In this document: piece by piece, positions 22,983 through 37,353 of the stretch
Position numbering within the stretch: the stretch's first letter is position 1
How the letters are laid out: every line of letters begins with the position of its first letter
The notes under the pieces: generated by a model
Told to the model about the DNA's origin: nothing
Databases searched by the model: none
What the model saw: only the letters and a program-made list of their open reading frames with translations
Program-made: the position numbers and the translations under genes
Assembly: GCA_051942245.1 (NCBI GenBank)
Contig: JAVECL010000076.1
Location: 1 to 61,477, forward strand
Source of the DNA: Trypethelium eluteriae
Taxonomy: Eukaryota
Length of the DNA: 61,477 bases
Direction: 5' to 3'

Positions 22983-25900
22983 ATGACATCAAAATGCCAA
23001 AAGGAGCAACCAGTGTCGGCAGCTTTTTTTTGTCCACAGACCAGAGCACCAAAAGAAGATTATCTTGATCGTCTGCATCTTTTCCTTCGCCAGGATGTGT
23101 ACGGTCAGCAGCTTTTGGAAGAAATCAAAGACTTACAGAAAGCATGGTCAGTCTTTGCGGCTGCAAAGGCTGACGTTCTCAATTTACCATCGGGTTCCCG
23201 CTATGTGCAGATCCTAGTGGACTGGGCTAGAAATGGCTCGTCTGCTCCAGTCGCCGAAGCAAGGTCGGGAATCATTGCGCTGCCCCTTTTGGTCATCCTC
23301 CAGATTGGGCAGTACCTTCAGTATCTGGCCTACCATGAATTTTCCCACACAGGCTTCATTGCTGGCGTGCAGAAAGCAGGAGGCTTGCATGGATATTGCG
23401 GTGGACTACCAGCTGCAATAGCTATCGGATGTTCGAGAGATCTGGTTGAAGTCATCAGATACGCATCTACTTTGATACGTATTCTAATCGGCGTTGGAGC
23501 TTCGAGTGAAGCCGCTGGAGATAGTTATGCGTCTGGATCGACAACACTTGCCCTTCGGCTGAAATATGAAGGGCAAGGGGATGATCTTGTGCGCCACTTT
23601 CCAGGGGTAGGTACAACGAATCGTTAAACCCCTATAAGCACTGATCAGATGCTAAACTTGAGTCCAGACCTACATTTCTGCAATCACGGATCCCAGATCA
23701 ATCAGTATAGTTGGTCCTTCCCCAACGCTTGCTCATCTGTATGAGTACACACAAGAACAAGGACTACCGGCGCAGAAAATGGATGTCACTGGCAAAGTGC
23801 ACAGTCCTGAAAATCAGCGGCTTGCGGCGGAGCTATGCCGCATCTGTGAGCGAACACCGTCTCTTACGCTTCCCGGTGCCTCCGCATTGCAAGTTTGCGT
23901 TAGATCCAATAGGACCGGAGAGCAGTTACGTGACCAGTCTCTCATGGAAGAAGTAGTCACCACGGTTCTGGCGTCAAGATGCGACTGGTTTAGCCTTTTG
24001 AACCAAGTCGCAGAAGATCTCAAGAACACAGGATATCAAACACATTCGGTCTTGATCTTTGGAATGAGCGATTGTGTCCCAATGCTCCCGTTCCACAAAC
24101 AACGTCTTCAAGTAGCTAAAACCGAGGCTGTCGGCCTAACTAAATCGATTCCGCATTTTACCTCTGAAAAAAACTCACCCGAGCCCCCTATTTTCCCTGA
24201 AGACGCTATTGCAATCGTTGGTGCATCGTGTCGCCTCCCTGGCGCGAACAACCTTGATGAGCTCTGGGATGTCCTTGCCAAAGGTGTCGACCGCCACCGA
24301 GAGCTATCTAACGACAGGTTCGACCTGCATGGAAGCTTCCGAGCCCGGGAAAGCGGTACTTTTGCCAGTGAAAGAAAGTTCTTTGGAAACATGCTTGAAG
24401 ATGTTATGAGATTCGACAATTCTTTCTTCGGCATTAATGCTCGAGAAGCGAAGAGCATGGACCCACAACAGCGTATACTATTGGAACTGTCGTATGAGGC
24501 GCTTGAAGCCAGTGGCTACTTATCGTCGCATCATCGTGAAGCGGGCGATCCTGTTGGTTGCTTTATTGGTGCTAGCTACACCGAGTATCTCGACAACACT
24601 ACCGCTCATGGTCCTACCGCATACACTGCCACTGGCACGATTAGAGCCTTTCTTTGTGGCAGAATAAGTTATTATTATGGATGGACTGGACCTTCTGAAG
24701 TTATCGATACCGCATGTTCATCCTCCTTAGTGGCGATACATCGAGCCTACAAAGCTATTCAAACAGAAGAATGCAGCATGGCCTTGGCTGGTGGGGTTAA
24801 CGCAATCACGAGCATGAACAATTATTTCGACTTAGGCAAAGCGGGATTCCTGAGCCCAACTGGACAATGTAAGCCATTTGACAAGTCAGCTGATGGCTAC
24901 TGCCGTTCTGATGGCGCAGGACTTATCGTCATGAAAAGATTAAAGCATGCGACTAGCGATGGGGATCATATTCTGGGCGTTATCCCCAGCATTGCTACCA
25001 ATCAAGGGGGACTATCTCCGTCAATCATCGTTCCTCATTCAGCATCGCAAAGAGAGCTGTATCAATGTGTCCTTCAAAAATCTGGTTGGCGACCCGATCA
25101 GGTCACTTATGTCGAAGCACACGGAACTGGCACTCAAGCTGGAGACCCTATCGAACTGGAGAGTGTGCGGTCAACATTTGGAAGCACTTCTCGGCCCAAC
25201 ACGCTTCATGTCGGATCAATTAAGGGAAACATAGGACATTGTGAGACTGCTGCGGGTATAGCTGGTCTTCTCAAGGTCCTTGCGATGCTAGGACACGGAG
25301 AAATTCCACCGCAGGCGAGTCATCATCAGCTCAACCCGAAAATCCGGCCACTTGAGCCCGACCGTATTGCGATCGCCAAGCGTCTCTGTCCTTGGGATGG
25401 TCCACTACGTACTGCGCTTGTAAACAGTTATGGCGCTGCAGGTTCGAACTGCGCCCTCTTATGCTCCGAGTGGTCCAGGCAGCATCAAAGTAATGCACAG
25501 GCTGTACCAGATGGACCCTGTGAGAGATCATTTCCAGTTATCCTCAGCGCAAAGTCAATCCCGAGCCTCCTGGCTTCTGCACAGATCATGGCCACGTATC
25601 TAAACCGAAGAGATATCGCCTTGCAGATGGGCGACGTTGCGTTCACCCTGGATGAGAGAAGACCGAGGCACAGGTTCTCTATGACTTTCGTGGCTTCCAA
25701 TACCACAGAACTTGCAAAAGGACTTGGAACCTCGGCGCCTCCAACCTTTGAATACCCACAAAAGACCAAATCCATCGTACTAGTATTCAGTGGGCAAAGT
25801 AACAACAGAGTCGAGTTGAATCATAGCATATACGACACCTATCCAGCATTTCGATCCTATATCGATGCCGTCGACAACGAGCTCAAAATCTTGGGCTATG

Positions 25901-28900
25901 GATCCGTCTTTCCCGCGATCTTTCAACCTGAACCTATTAATGATGTTGTCTCTCTACAGTGCGGAATTTTTGCTACGCAATATGCATGTGCTCGCTGCTG
26001 GATCGACGCTGGCCTCAAAGTCGACGCAATCGTTGGTCATAGTCTTGGCGAACTTAGTGCGCTAGCAGTATCCGGAGTGCTATCGCTTAGCGAGTGCACT
26101 AACTTAGTCGCATTTCGAGCTCACCTCATAGGTTCGAGATGGGGCACCGACAAAGGTGCTATGCTTGCTCTCCGAGCCACTCCCGAAGACGTCAAGAAGA
26201 TCGCTCGTCGCCTACGACCCATCGATCAGCATTCCGAGCTTGATATTGCGTGCTACAATGGTACAGCATCTACAGTCGTAGCTGGTCCGTCCGAATCGAT
26301 AAAGGATCTGGAAGAGCTCCTACGGGCAGATACCGATCTGCAGAATATTAAGTTTCAGCGAGTGCAGACTACTCACGGTTTCCACAGTTTTCTTGTGGAG
26401 CCTATTCTTACCGAGCTAAATACTATGTCCAAAGCCTTGGCCTGGAATGATCCTCACATCCCTTTGGAGACGTGCACAAAAGAGCGCCTAGGATCCATGA
26501 AAGACTATAGCGTTTGCGAGCATGCACGACAGCCAGTATTCTTTGGCAATGCTATTCGGAGGATTGAGGAGCGCCTAGGTTCCTCTATCTGGTTCGAAGC
26601 CGGAATGGACACGGCTATTATATCAATGACCAGAAAAGCATGTCAGAACCCCGAGATACACAAGTATCAGGCTGCTGTAACCAAGAGAACATACGCACCT
26701 GACCCCACCATGAATGATATTGTATCAAGCATGTGGCGCCAAGGCATCTCCCTAACGCACTGGAGCTTTCTCCCAAAACAATCGGCTCGGTATAAGCAGA
26801 TCTGGCTGCCACCTTACCAGTTTGACGGGGCTTCACATTGGCTACCTAACATCGATAGGACAATGGAGTTGCAGCAGAGCCTCGTAGCTCCCATTCCACC
26901 TAATTCGAACGACCACAGACTACATTCACCACCTAAACTCGTCACTAGAAAATCTTCCACGGACACGCGCCGGGGGGTTGCGCATTTCCACATCAACACG
27001 CACTGTCAGCGATTTCAGGATGTTGTAAATGGCCATGCACTTCGTCAAAGACCGTTATGTCCAGCATCGATGTACATGGAATGTGTGACAATGGGGGTCC
27101 AGCTTCTTGAAGATGTCGGAGATTCGAACTTGGGCTTCGGCGAACTCGAGTTTCAAGCTGCTCTTGGACTCGAATCCGCACGTGAAGTCGTCCTTGTACT
27201 TGAAGAGTTGACTACTAAGCGGTCTTGGCGGTTTACGGTGCAGTCCTCTACGCAAAAAGGATCCAATTCGCGACCTGTGGTACATGTCATTGGCACGATC
27301 GCTATCGTCGCCGATCCAAAACTCATGCCTTTGCAGCGACTAGTTACAGATTCCATGGACAAATTAGACCAAAAGGCCGAAGTTGAGAAGCTCATGTCGA
27401 AACGAGCCTATGCACTTTTCGCTTCCGTTGTTCACTATGAATGCTTTTTCCGGGGAATCTCCTCGATTACATTGGATGAGAGAGAGGCTATCTCTGAAGT
27501 CCAGCTACCCAATGATCAACCGGCTCGTGCGGAGAGCACAGCTTGGCCGCTCTGCGACACTGTGGCGATTGACACATTCATTCATACGCTAGGCTTGCTT
27601 ATGAATAGCAGCGACGCAGTCTCAAAAGGCGAGGTCATGGTGGCTACTGGTATTGAACGTGCAGTGATTTTAAGTGCATGTAACATGGACACTTCGACAC
27701 GCTGGCGCGTCTATGCAAGATTCTCACTCTCCAAGGATTCCAAAACTCTGGGGGATGTGTTTGCGTTTTCTCAGGGCGGACAATTGGTCGCAATGATGAC
27801 CGGATGTCGTTTCAGCAAGCTACCGATCTCCAAACTTGAGAAGTCACTGGATGCTGTAAACACGGACTCGATTGCGAAGAAAACACCCATGGCTTGGAAC
27901 GGAGCAAGACTTTCGTCTGCTTCAGCCATCACAGAGAACTTTCCGCCGCCTCCTCGATCGGGTCCGGACCGTCTGGAGCCGAAGGCTGTCAACGTTACCG
28001 CCAATCACGATTTTGATGATGTAGCGTTAAAAGAGCTAGTTTCAGACTACACGGGCATTGTGCAATCTGAGATTCCTCAGGACATTGCCTTTGCTGAACT
28101 TGGTCTAGACTCTTTGGCATCTGTGGAAATGGTGTCAGAGCTAGAAAATAATTTTGGACTGGACATAAGCACAGAGCAAATTGTCGAAACTACGTTCGCG
28201 GCTCTTCTACAAGCATTAGCATCCAAAAGAGCTCTTGGAAGGCTTACTGCAACTTCTGAAGTCGTGTCAGAAAGCTTCACCGACTCGACCAATATCGAGT
28301 TACCTTCTGATGGAGCATCGCTACAAGATCCGGCCAAGCGTCAACGCCTCCTACAGATCATTATGGATGCTTCAGGCGCTATTCTCGACGATATTCAGGA
28401 TCATCATACCCTAGAAGATCTCGGCGCAGATTCTCTGTCGCTCATGGATATGAAGCATCAGATCGAAACTTCCTTCTCCATGCAGCTTCCAGACGGGTTC
28501 CCCACTTCTAATCTGACCGTCATTGATCTCATACAACATACCACTGGTGAAAACATGGAGCTTTCACTTTCAGGATTCGACTCTGGAGTGATTCGGTCAA
28601 AGATCTCAAACTTGAACACCGCTACAAGCAGACCAAGAGTCCTGGATCGAAGCGTTTCCATCCCACAGCAGCACGAAGAATGCGTCTTGCCAAATCCATT
28701 CGAAGCGCTCGTCTATGCCGACAGCACTTTTGACGAAGCCGCCCAAAGACGAAGGTTCTCGGGTTATTGGTCCGACATCTCACCTGTCCAAGGTGGAGTA
28801 TTACTAGCATATATCTCAGAAGCCCTCTTGTCTCTAGGAGTTGATTTCTCTTCTATGCCGCCTGGCACCGTGATCCCTGAGATTCCGCGTCTACCACGAT

Positions 28901-31170
28901 ACGAAAAGCTGATGCAGAGATTGTGGGATATTCTAGAAAGTCATGGCATTATATCAAGGCAGTCTGGACATGTCGTTCGCTCCAATGGTGAGCTTGATGC
29001 TGGAGGATCTTCCCAGCTTTGTGAGGCTTTCAAGTCCCGATTTCCGCATTACGAATCTGAGGCAAATGTAATGGAGCTTACTGGTCCTCAACTCTCTTCT
29101 TGCTTGAACGGCATAACAGACCCCAAATATTTAATGTTCGGAAGTCCTGCCGCTCTGAAAGTTATAGAAAGATTCTACGGCGAATCCCCCATGTTTTCCA
29201 CCCTTACAGAACAGCTAGCGACCTTTTTGAGGGCTCTATTCCAGTCTGTCAAAGCTAATGCCAGATCTCCTGTGAACATATTGGAAGTAGGTGCTGGTAC
29301 CGGAGGGACAACTCTGAGACTAGCGGAGACGTTGGAGGCCGCCGGCATACCGGTGCGGTATACTTTCACCGATATATCATCTAATTTGGTCTCAAAGGCA
29401 AGGCAAAAATTCGAGAAGTATACTTGGATGAGCTTTTCCACGTTGAACCTTGAGGAAGAGATCACAGATGCGTTCCGCAATAAATTCGACATTGTCATTA
29501 GTACAAACTGCGTTCATGCCACAACAAACCGCACTGTGTCCTGTCGTAGACTTCGTGAAACTTTAAAGAAAGGCGGATTCATCGTGCTCTCAGAGGTCAC
29601 ACGTAAAATAAACTGGTACGACATTTGCTTTGGTCTTCTGGATGGATGGTGGTTAGCTGAGGACGGACCATCCTACCCTCTCCAGCCAGCTTCGGCATGG
29701 ATGTCAACCTTCAAAGACGCAGGCTTCATTTCCGTGGGGTTTTCGCAGGGACCAACACTGGAGGCAAATACCCAAAGGCTCTTAATTGGATCCACGAAAG
29801 ACTGGAGTTTATCAACGCTCAGCATTTCAGACCAAGTAAAACCTCAAAGAGGCTTATTCACGCTTGAAACTATGGTATATAAGGAGGTTGATGGTGTTCA
29901 AATACACGCAGATGTTTATCTGCCCCTCATCACGCGCAAAGCCCCTTTACCAGTTGGTACGCACGAATTCTTTGCTTTTTCTGACAGCACATTTGCGTTG
30001 GTTTACTAATCCCCTTAAATCAGCACTCATGATTCACGGTGGTGGCTACATGTCGCTTTCTCGGAAATACGTACGCCCACATCAGACAAAGCACCTCATT
30101 GGCAACGGGTTCGTACCTGTCAGCATAGACTATCGGCTTTGTCCCGAAGTCAACCTTGTCGATGGGCCTATGGCCGATGCACGTGATGCCTACCTTTGGG
30201 CGCGGAATACTCTGCCACAAAAACTTTTTGACCGAGGTCTTGTAGTTGATGGCACTAAGATAGCTGTTATTGGGTGGTCAACTGGAGGCCAAATGGCTTT
30301 GTCGATTGGCTGGACGGCGAGGCGAGCGGGTGTTCCGCCACCAACAGCTGTGCTCAGTTTCTATGGTCCTACGGACTTCGAATCAGGTGGTATGTCATTA
30401 TTTCTTACGATCAGCACTTGTCAAATCGATTGTGGCATCTCCGAGACTACATTTGACGTCTTGACACCTCTGCTAAGAGAATGAACATCGCAGAACTTGA
30501 TCGCCCGCGCATGTCTAACCTTCCGGAACGACAAATGGAGATGGAACGTATTACCTCTGCCCTACCATCATCTCCGGTAAGCTTCTCCTCGTCTTTGATG
30601 ATGTGCCTTCGAAACTTCTCTCTTATCCACCGGGATACTTCTTGCGCCTCTTGTCACAGGTCATGAATCCTCTTCGACTTTTTTCATGATGACTGACGAA
30701 GATCATCGTAGATCACAAGCTATGAAGCTATTCATGATGACTCTACCAATCTAGGCTGGGTTCAGCCTGGTGATCCCCGTTCTGAACTTGTTCTTTCCCT
30801 TTTCAAAGAAGGTACCGGCTTGCCACTCCTACTCAACGGCCTACCTTCCATTAATGCTTCACGGTCTGCTTGCTTCGAAGAGCCATCCCAAGAGCAGGTT
30901 GCTTCGATTAATCCTATATCTCAACTCTGCTCAGGTAACTACCACACGCCCACATATATCATACATGGCACGGATGACGAGATCGCCCCTTTCTCCGACG
31001 CGGAGCAGTTTGTTGCTGCATTGAAGGCCAAAAACGTGATGTGCGGATTTCTCAAAGTCAAAGGAGGCAAGCACACGTATGATCTGGCAGTCAAACCTGG
31101 CATGGAAGAATGGGAGCAAAATGTTGCACCAGGCTATCGATTCTTGTTTGAGATCATGGAACAGCTCTAG
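22983..31170 (+). CDS. Non-reducing iterative type I PKS, SAT-KS-AT-PT-ACP-ACP-CMeT-esterase (methylorsellinate-type), 5 exons
   Basis: Introns 23607-23667, 29957-30023, 30390-30493, 30577-30711. SAT GYCGG; KS DTACSSS, EAHGTGT, GHCE; AT GHSLG; PT HALRQRPLCPASMY and DTFIH; ACPs LGLDSL and LGADSL; CMeT ILEVGAGTGG and NCVHAT; terminal HSL-type hydrolase HGGG, GWSTGG, HGTDD, HTYD. No KR, ER or R domain. Confidence 0.95.
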
Positions 31171-31419
31171 AGATTTGGCTGACGCATTGCAATGCTTATT
31201 AATTGCCATGGAATTATTACTGCAGCAGCTGCTATGCTTCTGTATAGCTACCAGCTGAATGGTCAAACACCCAACAGAGAGACTAAGACTTCCGAAGATC
31301 AAGGTCAACAGATAGTTCTAGGAGATTAGGGACTCTAGCCTACCGATACAAGCTAAATAATTTCCAGATTCCTCGAATGACAATCTATTTATCTACAGAC
31401 AGGCACTCCACGTAGTTCC

Positions 31420-33751
31420 TTACTTTCCGGATTTTATGTCATTGACCAACTTTTCCGCGAGCATGTCTGTATGGAGGCCGATGAGTAACATTCCCAAGTT
31501 ATCTGGTCAAGTGTACCTACAGACTGTTGATTGAATATGCCCAGGAGGCAAAAAGGGGAATGAAGAGGCATCGATGACGCGCAGCCCTTTCACCCCGAAG
31601 ACCTTGCCATGTGAGTCTACCACGGCGTTCGGGTCAGATTCCTTGCCCATAGCACCTATACAGTGTAAGCTCATCGTTATAGAATGGTGAAACTGTAGAC
31701 TTGCATGTGGCGCTTGCGTGATGGACGGTCCCCGCATTGTTTCTAAGAAATTCGAGGATCTGTGCATCAGTCTGTATTGTTTGACCAGGATCCACTTCAT
31801 ATTCAACTACCTCACCCAATGACTGGGCAATTTCGCGAGCGCGTCTGAATCCTTGTATACTAACTTCTTGGTCTGCTTTCGTAGCGAGCCAATTTGGATT
31901 GACCAAAGGATTGTCCCTGGTATCAGCAGATGTGATGGTTACATTTCCACGTGACGTTGTTGCAACGACCACCATAGATATCTGCGCATAGTTTTGTCCC
32001 TTAGGAGCATCTATTGTGCTTGAGGCCAGAGGCAAGAGTTCAAGCTCTGGCCAATCTAACGGGAATCTGGAAAGGTCTAATAGTGTCTCCTGGCTTAGAT
32101 TAGGTCGCAAATTCGAGGATACCTTTTCCCAACCTGTACACATGTAAGACTCATCGGAGGGCGATAGACTGCAGGAGCCTACCAACAAAGTTTCCACCTC
32201 CACTTTGCAATGGACCCGTTTGATCAGTATAGAAGTCAATGGCAGCCTTTGCAGCATAATCAGGGTTGTTCCTCAGCTGTGATTCTGTTGTTACGTTTAC
32301 CCGGTAGGATAGGCTATAGAGAGGCTGATCCTAGACTTTTTTCAGTCCCTTTGCAACCTGCTGTACGATTACCTGAGCTTACCTGAAGATTCTGGCCAAC
32401 TCCCGTCAAATTAGATATGCAAGAGATATTCAGCTGTGTCAAAGTATCCTGAGGTCCTACTCCCGATGTCATGAGTATTTGAGGCGAACGAAACTATCTC
32501 ATCGATTAGTAAATGTGCGCAAGGCTGAATACACGAGGTAGCTGAACGCACTGCTCCTGCGGCAACTAATACTTCTCTTCGAGCATGAAGCGTATACTCA
32601 ACAGAGTCCGTAGTAACTAGAACGCCAACAGCAGTCTTATTGCCATCAAACAGTATCTTTTTGGCAAACGTCCTGTGATATATCTGCAGTGAAGCAGATT
32701 TTCTTATTGCATTCTGTAGGAATGAGGTCTCCGAAGAGCTGCGACTACCATCTGAGGGGTCTATTGTAAGAGTGAATTCGGAGAAGCCTATCAGCTGACC
32801 ACTGTTGAAACCTCGGATAGGCTTAAGCCCAAGTTTTGAGAAACCAGACTTGATAAATTGGGACAAGGGCTGCCAGTAATTTGTGTACGATACGTGAAGA
32901 GGTCCAGCACTGGAGTTAAAAGCGTCTGCATCATATGTGATCTCACTGGCTGGGCCGCGTTTAGCATAATTTGGCGCTGTAAAATTGACGCTTCTTTGAA
33001 AGTAAGGAAGGAGGTTGGCGAAAGAGTAGTCTGAATCGCCGACCCTTTCTGACCATTGGTCGAATGCGCCAATAGGACCTCTGGGAGTTGACAATCAGCA
33101 CCAGAGCGAACGTACCGCATACATTTTCCCATTACCTATGATAAGCCATATAATTTCTAGCAGAGCTAAAAAGTGGTGTTAGTAGTTCTTTCAATCCTAT
33201 TTCGTACAAATAGGCTGTCTTACCCTCCTCCAAGGCATTTACCCTGGGCATAGAGTATCTTGCGATTGTTCAAAGACTGTAACGTGGTAAGCGCACGAAT
33301 CATTGAGCAACAATGTACAAACCTTTTGCGGAACTGTAATGATTCCCCAGTCAACTAGTGGCTGTATATTTGAGGGGCTTGCGGAGGAGTAATAGGTGTC
33401 GTATGCTGGAATCTGACTGTAGTTCGCATTATCAAACTCGTAGAAGCTGCCCGCTTCAATTACTGCAACCGTATAATTTGTGTCTTCGGTGAGTCGTTCG
33501 GCCATTGTGAGCCCAGAAGTACCACCTCCGATGATCTATATCTCATAAGCACACACTACACGGACGAAAAGCTCACGTACTACGTAATCAAACTCGCTAT
33601 CAATGCCCAAGATGCCAAAGGAGTTGCCAAGGAAACGAATCTGCCCATTTTGGCTCCATGATCCTTGGAGAAAGGCGTCACATAATGCTTGTCCAGTTAA
33701 GGACTGAAGGTAACAAAGAATTAAAGAGCAGCGCATACTCCCTCGTCCCAT
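31420..33751 (-). CDS. GMC oxidoreductase (PatE/versicolorin B synthase-like, probably secreted), multi-exon
   Basis: Signal-like N-terminus; [84 protein letters not shown]; stop at 31420-31422. Confidence 0.9.
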
Positions 33752-34446
33752 AAGACCTTGAGAAAAGTGTAGAGTACTTAGGAAGTCTCTCTATCAATTT
33801 CAACGCTGCCGTGACTCCGATAGAATATCGTGATAGGAACGACCATCCGTTGGAGGGAATAGTATCAGAATTCCTGAATCATTGAAAAGGGACTACCGTG
33901 CCACCCTCTATATTTCAGACGTGACGTACTGTGAGGCCAAGCCAGCCTCGCGTCGGAGAGATAGAAAGCCGATGCCTGGACCAATTCGCTTCATGCGGCA
34001 TGTCATCCTTGCGGCACGGACAGCGAATGACCGCCATAAGCTTACACCGGTGCTCTCCGCTTTTTGGTGCAATGCACCGTCAAAAAGCAGGGGACAGCGA
34101 TACAGCTGAGTTTGTAAGTGACATTGCCTTTCGTCTAATACATGGTCGAACAATTGTGTGAAAATCGTATGAGGCTAATGTAAAGTTATTATTGAAAACA
34201 GAATTACATTGAGAATAAAGAATTTCAGGACCTTCTTCTTTTCTTCCTTTCTTCCTTTCTTTTTCCATTAGAAAGCTGTTATATCTTTTACGGATATTGG
34301 GGCTTTCCTTGCACTGGAAGTGATACTAGACTTTAGCGGACGACATCGATCCTCCAGGTGTATGGAATACTTTCAATAGCCAAGGAAGCTAATTGCTGCT
34401 TCCGCTCGTCAGTGACGCGATTACAACGTCGAAATAAGGGAGCCAG

Positions 34447-35175
34447 CTAATGTCTTACGACTGCACTCACATTCCTCTCAATCTTTCTAAGCCTGCCATT
34501 TAACCTACTGTACGCACCATTAAAGCGGTTAATCATTCTTGTAACTTGAATCGGGCTCCCATATGGTGTACACTTCCCGTAAGATAGGATTTCACCTCGG
34601 GAAGTAAAGAGAGTCATCCTAGGGATTCCTTCTGACACCTCCATGCGACCATATTTTCTGCAAAATTGCCGGATCTTGCGTAGCAAATAGTTGACCACTC
34701 TGTCCGGACCGCTTAGTTCCATACTAATACTCACTGACTCGTGCGATTGACACATTACGCTCGTAATGGACTCGGCCAGCCCGTTCAGGTGGCAGTCACT
34801 CATCATGCGGAGTGTCGACATCGATCCCGCGGATGGCATGCACTGGTTGAAGGTAATGCTAATGTCAAAATTCAAAATTTCCGCCAGCTCCTTCCCGCCC
34901 TGCGCCTTTCTGAGCAATGACAGAGTGCTATTCGAGCATATCCAGTTCATATATTTTTTGACTTTATCCAGTTGCCCAGCTTCATACCCCACAGGCTTAT
35001 CGATCTCGAAATCGACACCGGCCCGGCAGAACCCAATGAACTCTTGGAGGATCTGATTGTTGGAGTAGAAGAGCCCCCCGTATGTCCAAGGATCGTCGTG
35101 TACGATGTGGTGATAGATCAAGTTTCGCAGCTCGCCGGGCAATTTCTCGAATGATGTTGATTGCAAATCAGTCAT
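34447..35175 (-). CDS. Hypothetical protein with N-terminal F-box-like motif
   Basis: 242-aa single-exon ORF starting SFEKLPGELRNLIYHHIV (LP.E.R..IY pattern). Confidence 0.6.
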   Translation of the reverse strand: MTDLQSTSFEKLPGELRNLIYHHIVHDDPWTYGGLFYSNNQILQEFIGFCRAGVDFEIDKPVGYEAGQLDKVKKYMNWICSNSTLSLLRKAQGGKELAEILNFDISITFNQCMPSAGSMSTLRMMSDCHLNGLAESITSVMCQSHESVSISMELSGPDRVVNYLLRKIRQFCRKYGRMEVSEGIPRMTLFTSRGEILSYGKCTPYGSPIQVTRMINRFNGAYSRLNGRLRKIERNVSAVVRH

Positions 35176-37353
35176 CTCTGCAAGGAGAAGTTGCTCGTTC
35201 TGTATTATTGATTAGATTGGCTGAAGACGAACGATTGGGTGTCTTGTAGTGATTTGATTCTACAATTGACTGGGGGCTTATTCAGCTGTGTAGGCTTCGG
35301 GAACGGGTTCTGAATATATGGAGCTTTGTTAAGAAACACTGGGGGTGAGATTTTATTAAAATGTGAGGCAATGTGAGGCGATGGTCACGTTGAATAACAT
35401 ACCGTTTCCCGGAGTCACACATGTAGACAAAACCTTAATCACTGGCAGAACTCTGCAGCACTCTTACCTCATACGAGCATTTCCAAGGCTTACGACTGGT
35501 AAGCTCAGCCCACAGACCTTGGCGTAGCCAGTATATACGCTTCTCCTCTGATGAACCTCAACTAAGGTCTTCGTCGCACGATGCAAGTTATTCCGCTCCA
35601 GATGTAGAATCGTGGCTACTCCCGTCATCCTTAATGTGGCAATGCTACCACAAAGAGGACTAAGGACCATTTGGGATCTCTCGGATCGCCCGAGGTGGCA
35701 CAAGAAACGGACATGACGAACTATCGAAGGTGGCCGACGGTCGGTTGAAGGTGAAATGGGAGGACATTCGCATCCTCTGGAGGTAGACCGCCCAAGTTTT
35801 GGCTCGAGCTTCCAAACAAAATCATCCGCTGGTCCCCTATAATTGGCCCACAAAAGATGACCAGGCACGCTAGGCTCCGCGCCTCTCCTTGAAAGAGGGC
35901 CCGACACTGATTTATGTCCTCTTGGCCGTACCGTTACCTTGGAGATGGTCCCTACGGGTCACATGCACCGATGAAGCAAACAGAAAAGCGTTGCGCAGCG
36001 GTGAGCCGTAAGACCAGTACCTGGAATTCGTGCCGAAGTCAGGACTACACATGGGGGTGCGTCCTGTGCCTACGGCTACAATGGCGGAAATGACTTTATG
36101 CTGATCCGAAAAAAAGGGCAATGAAGATCTTTTTTTTGTTTTTGATACACTCGACTACAAAGATGCTTGCGCAACTAGTTTATGCCTCATGATTCCTTAC
36201 CAAAAATTTCTTGCAGGCCCCCAAACGATATTCTGCGCCGGCCGTCGAATGCACCTGGACGGTGCATCCGCACAAATCCCTCTACCCTATTGGCGAATCT
36301 GACTACAGAAGAGCATCATGGCAAGGTGCGTCTTGTGTGCTTCAGAAACATTGGTATTGCGAACAACGTATCGTAGTCGCTAAGGCGATCATGGAAAGAG
36401 AGGGATTTGATGGTTTTCCTTGGTCTTCTATTAGGTTCTACTGGTGACCACATATCTTCCCTTGATCCATGATCATTCCTTGTACCTGTCGCATTGGCTT
36501 TGGTAATGTATTGACACGATTCTGAGCGGAGTTGACTACGGGCAGCATAAAGGGCTTCGTAGTCGATTATCGATCTTGATTCAGGTCTGAGACGCTCTAA
36601 CAGGATGGAAAAGTTGTAGAGTAGGTACGTTCGAGTAGGGATGACCTTTACGAGCTCTTCTCAACTCCACTGCGCAGAAGATAGGTTGTAGGACTCGAAT
36701 TCAGAGGTATGCTAGCGCGTAGTGCGTCATCAAGGCTTCGTTAGGGACCTTCTCAGTGCGCACTTAGAGTCGTCCACCCTTCATGGGATTTTGCGGTCAA
36801 TTTTTTAATTTTACTTCAGTTCGATACCTCCTGCGTCTTGAACTCTTGCATTTGGCTACTGCATGTTTCATGTTGGGCTTCCGAGCAATGAGATGAAATT
36901 TCCAACTTCGACGCGATTGCAGCCACGCTTTTTAGAAGGTAATTTCTGAACACTTGTCTCCTTTCTCTGAAGCACATTTCGAAACAGATAAAGTCGGGTC
37001 TTCAGTGGTCTGCAAGGTAGCCTTTCTGAGTGTGTCAGTAGATAGATGCTGCTGCTTGTTATACTCAAAGAAGACGAATAGGTTATAGAAGTCATGGAGC
37101 CTTTGCTTAGCTTTTGGTGTTGATTACCATGCTTCCTTTAAATACGTCTAAGCGCGACAGTGTGAACTAGGAGTCTAAGTTACGGTCGTAAAGTTATGTA
37201 CAGATAATATCATGATACCACACTAAAATACCTCCCTCTTAGCCAGTTTAAGCAAGCACAGTGTCCATTACTGTTGTTTCCCTCAAAGGATCTTCCTACA
37301 ATGATATCGCCAAATCCTTGCCGAATATTGACCAGTCCTCTTGCCACCGACAC

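Noticed and set aside
35200..37300. Short ORFs or transposon remnant between the F-box-like gene and RAD51
   Set aside because: No transposase or reverse transcriptase motifs, terminal repeats or convincing gene structure seen.
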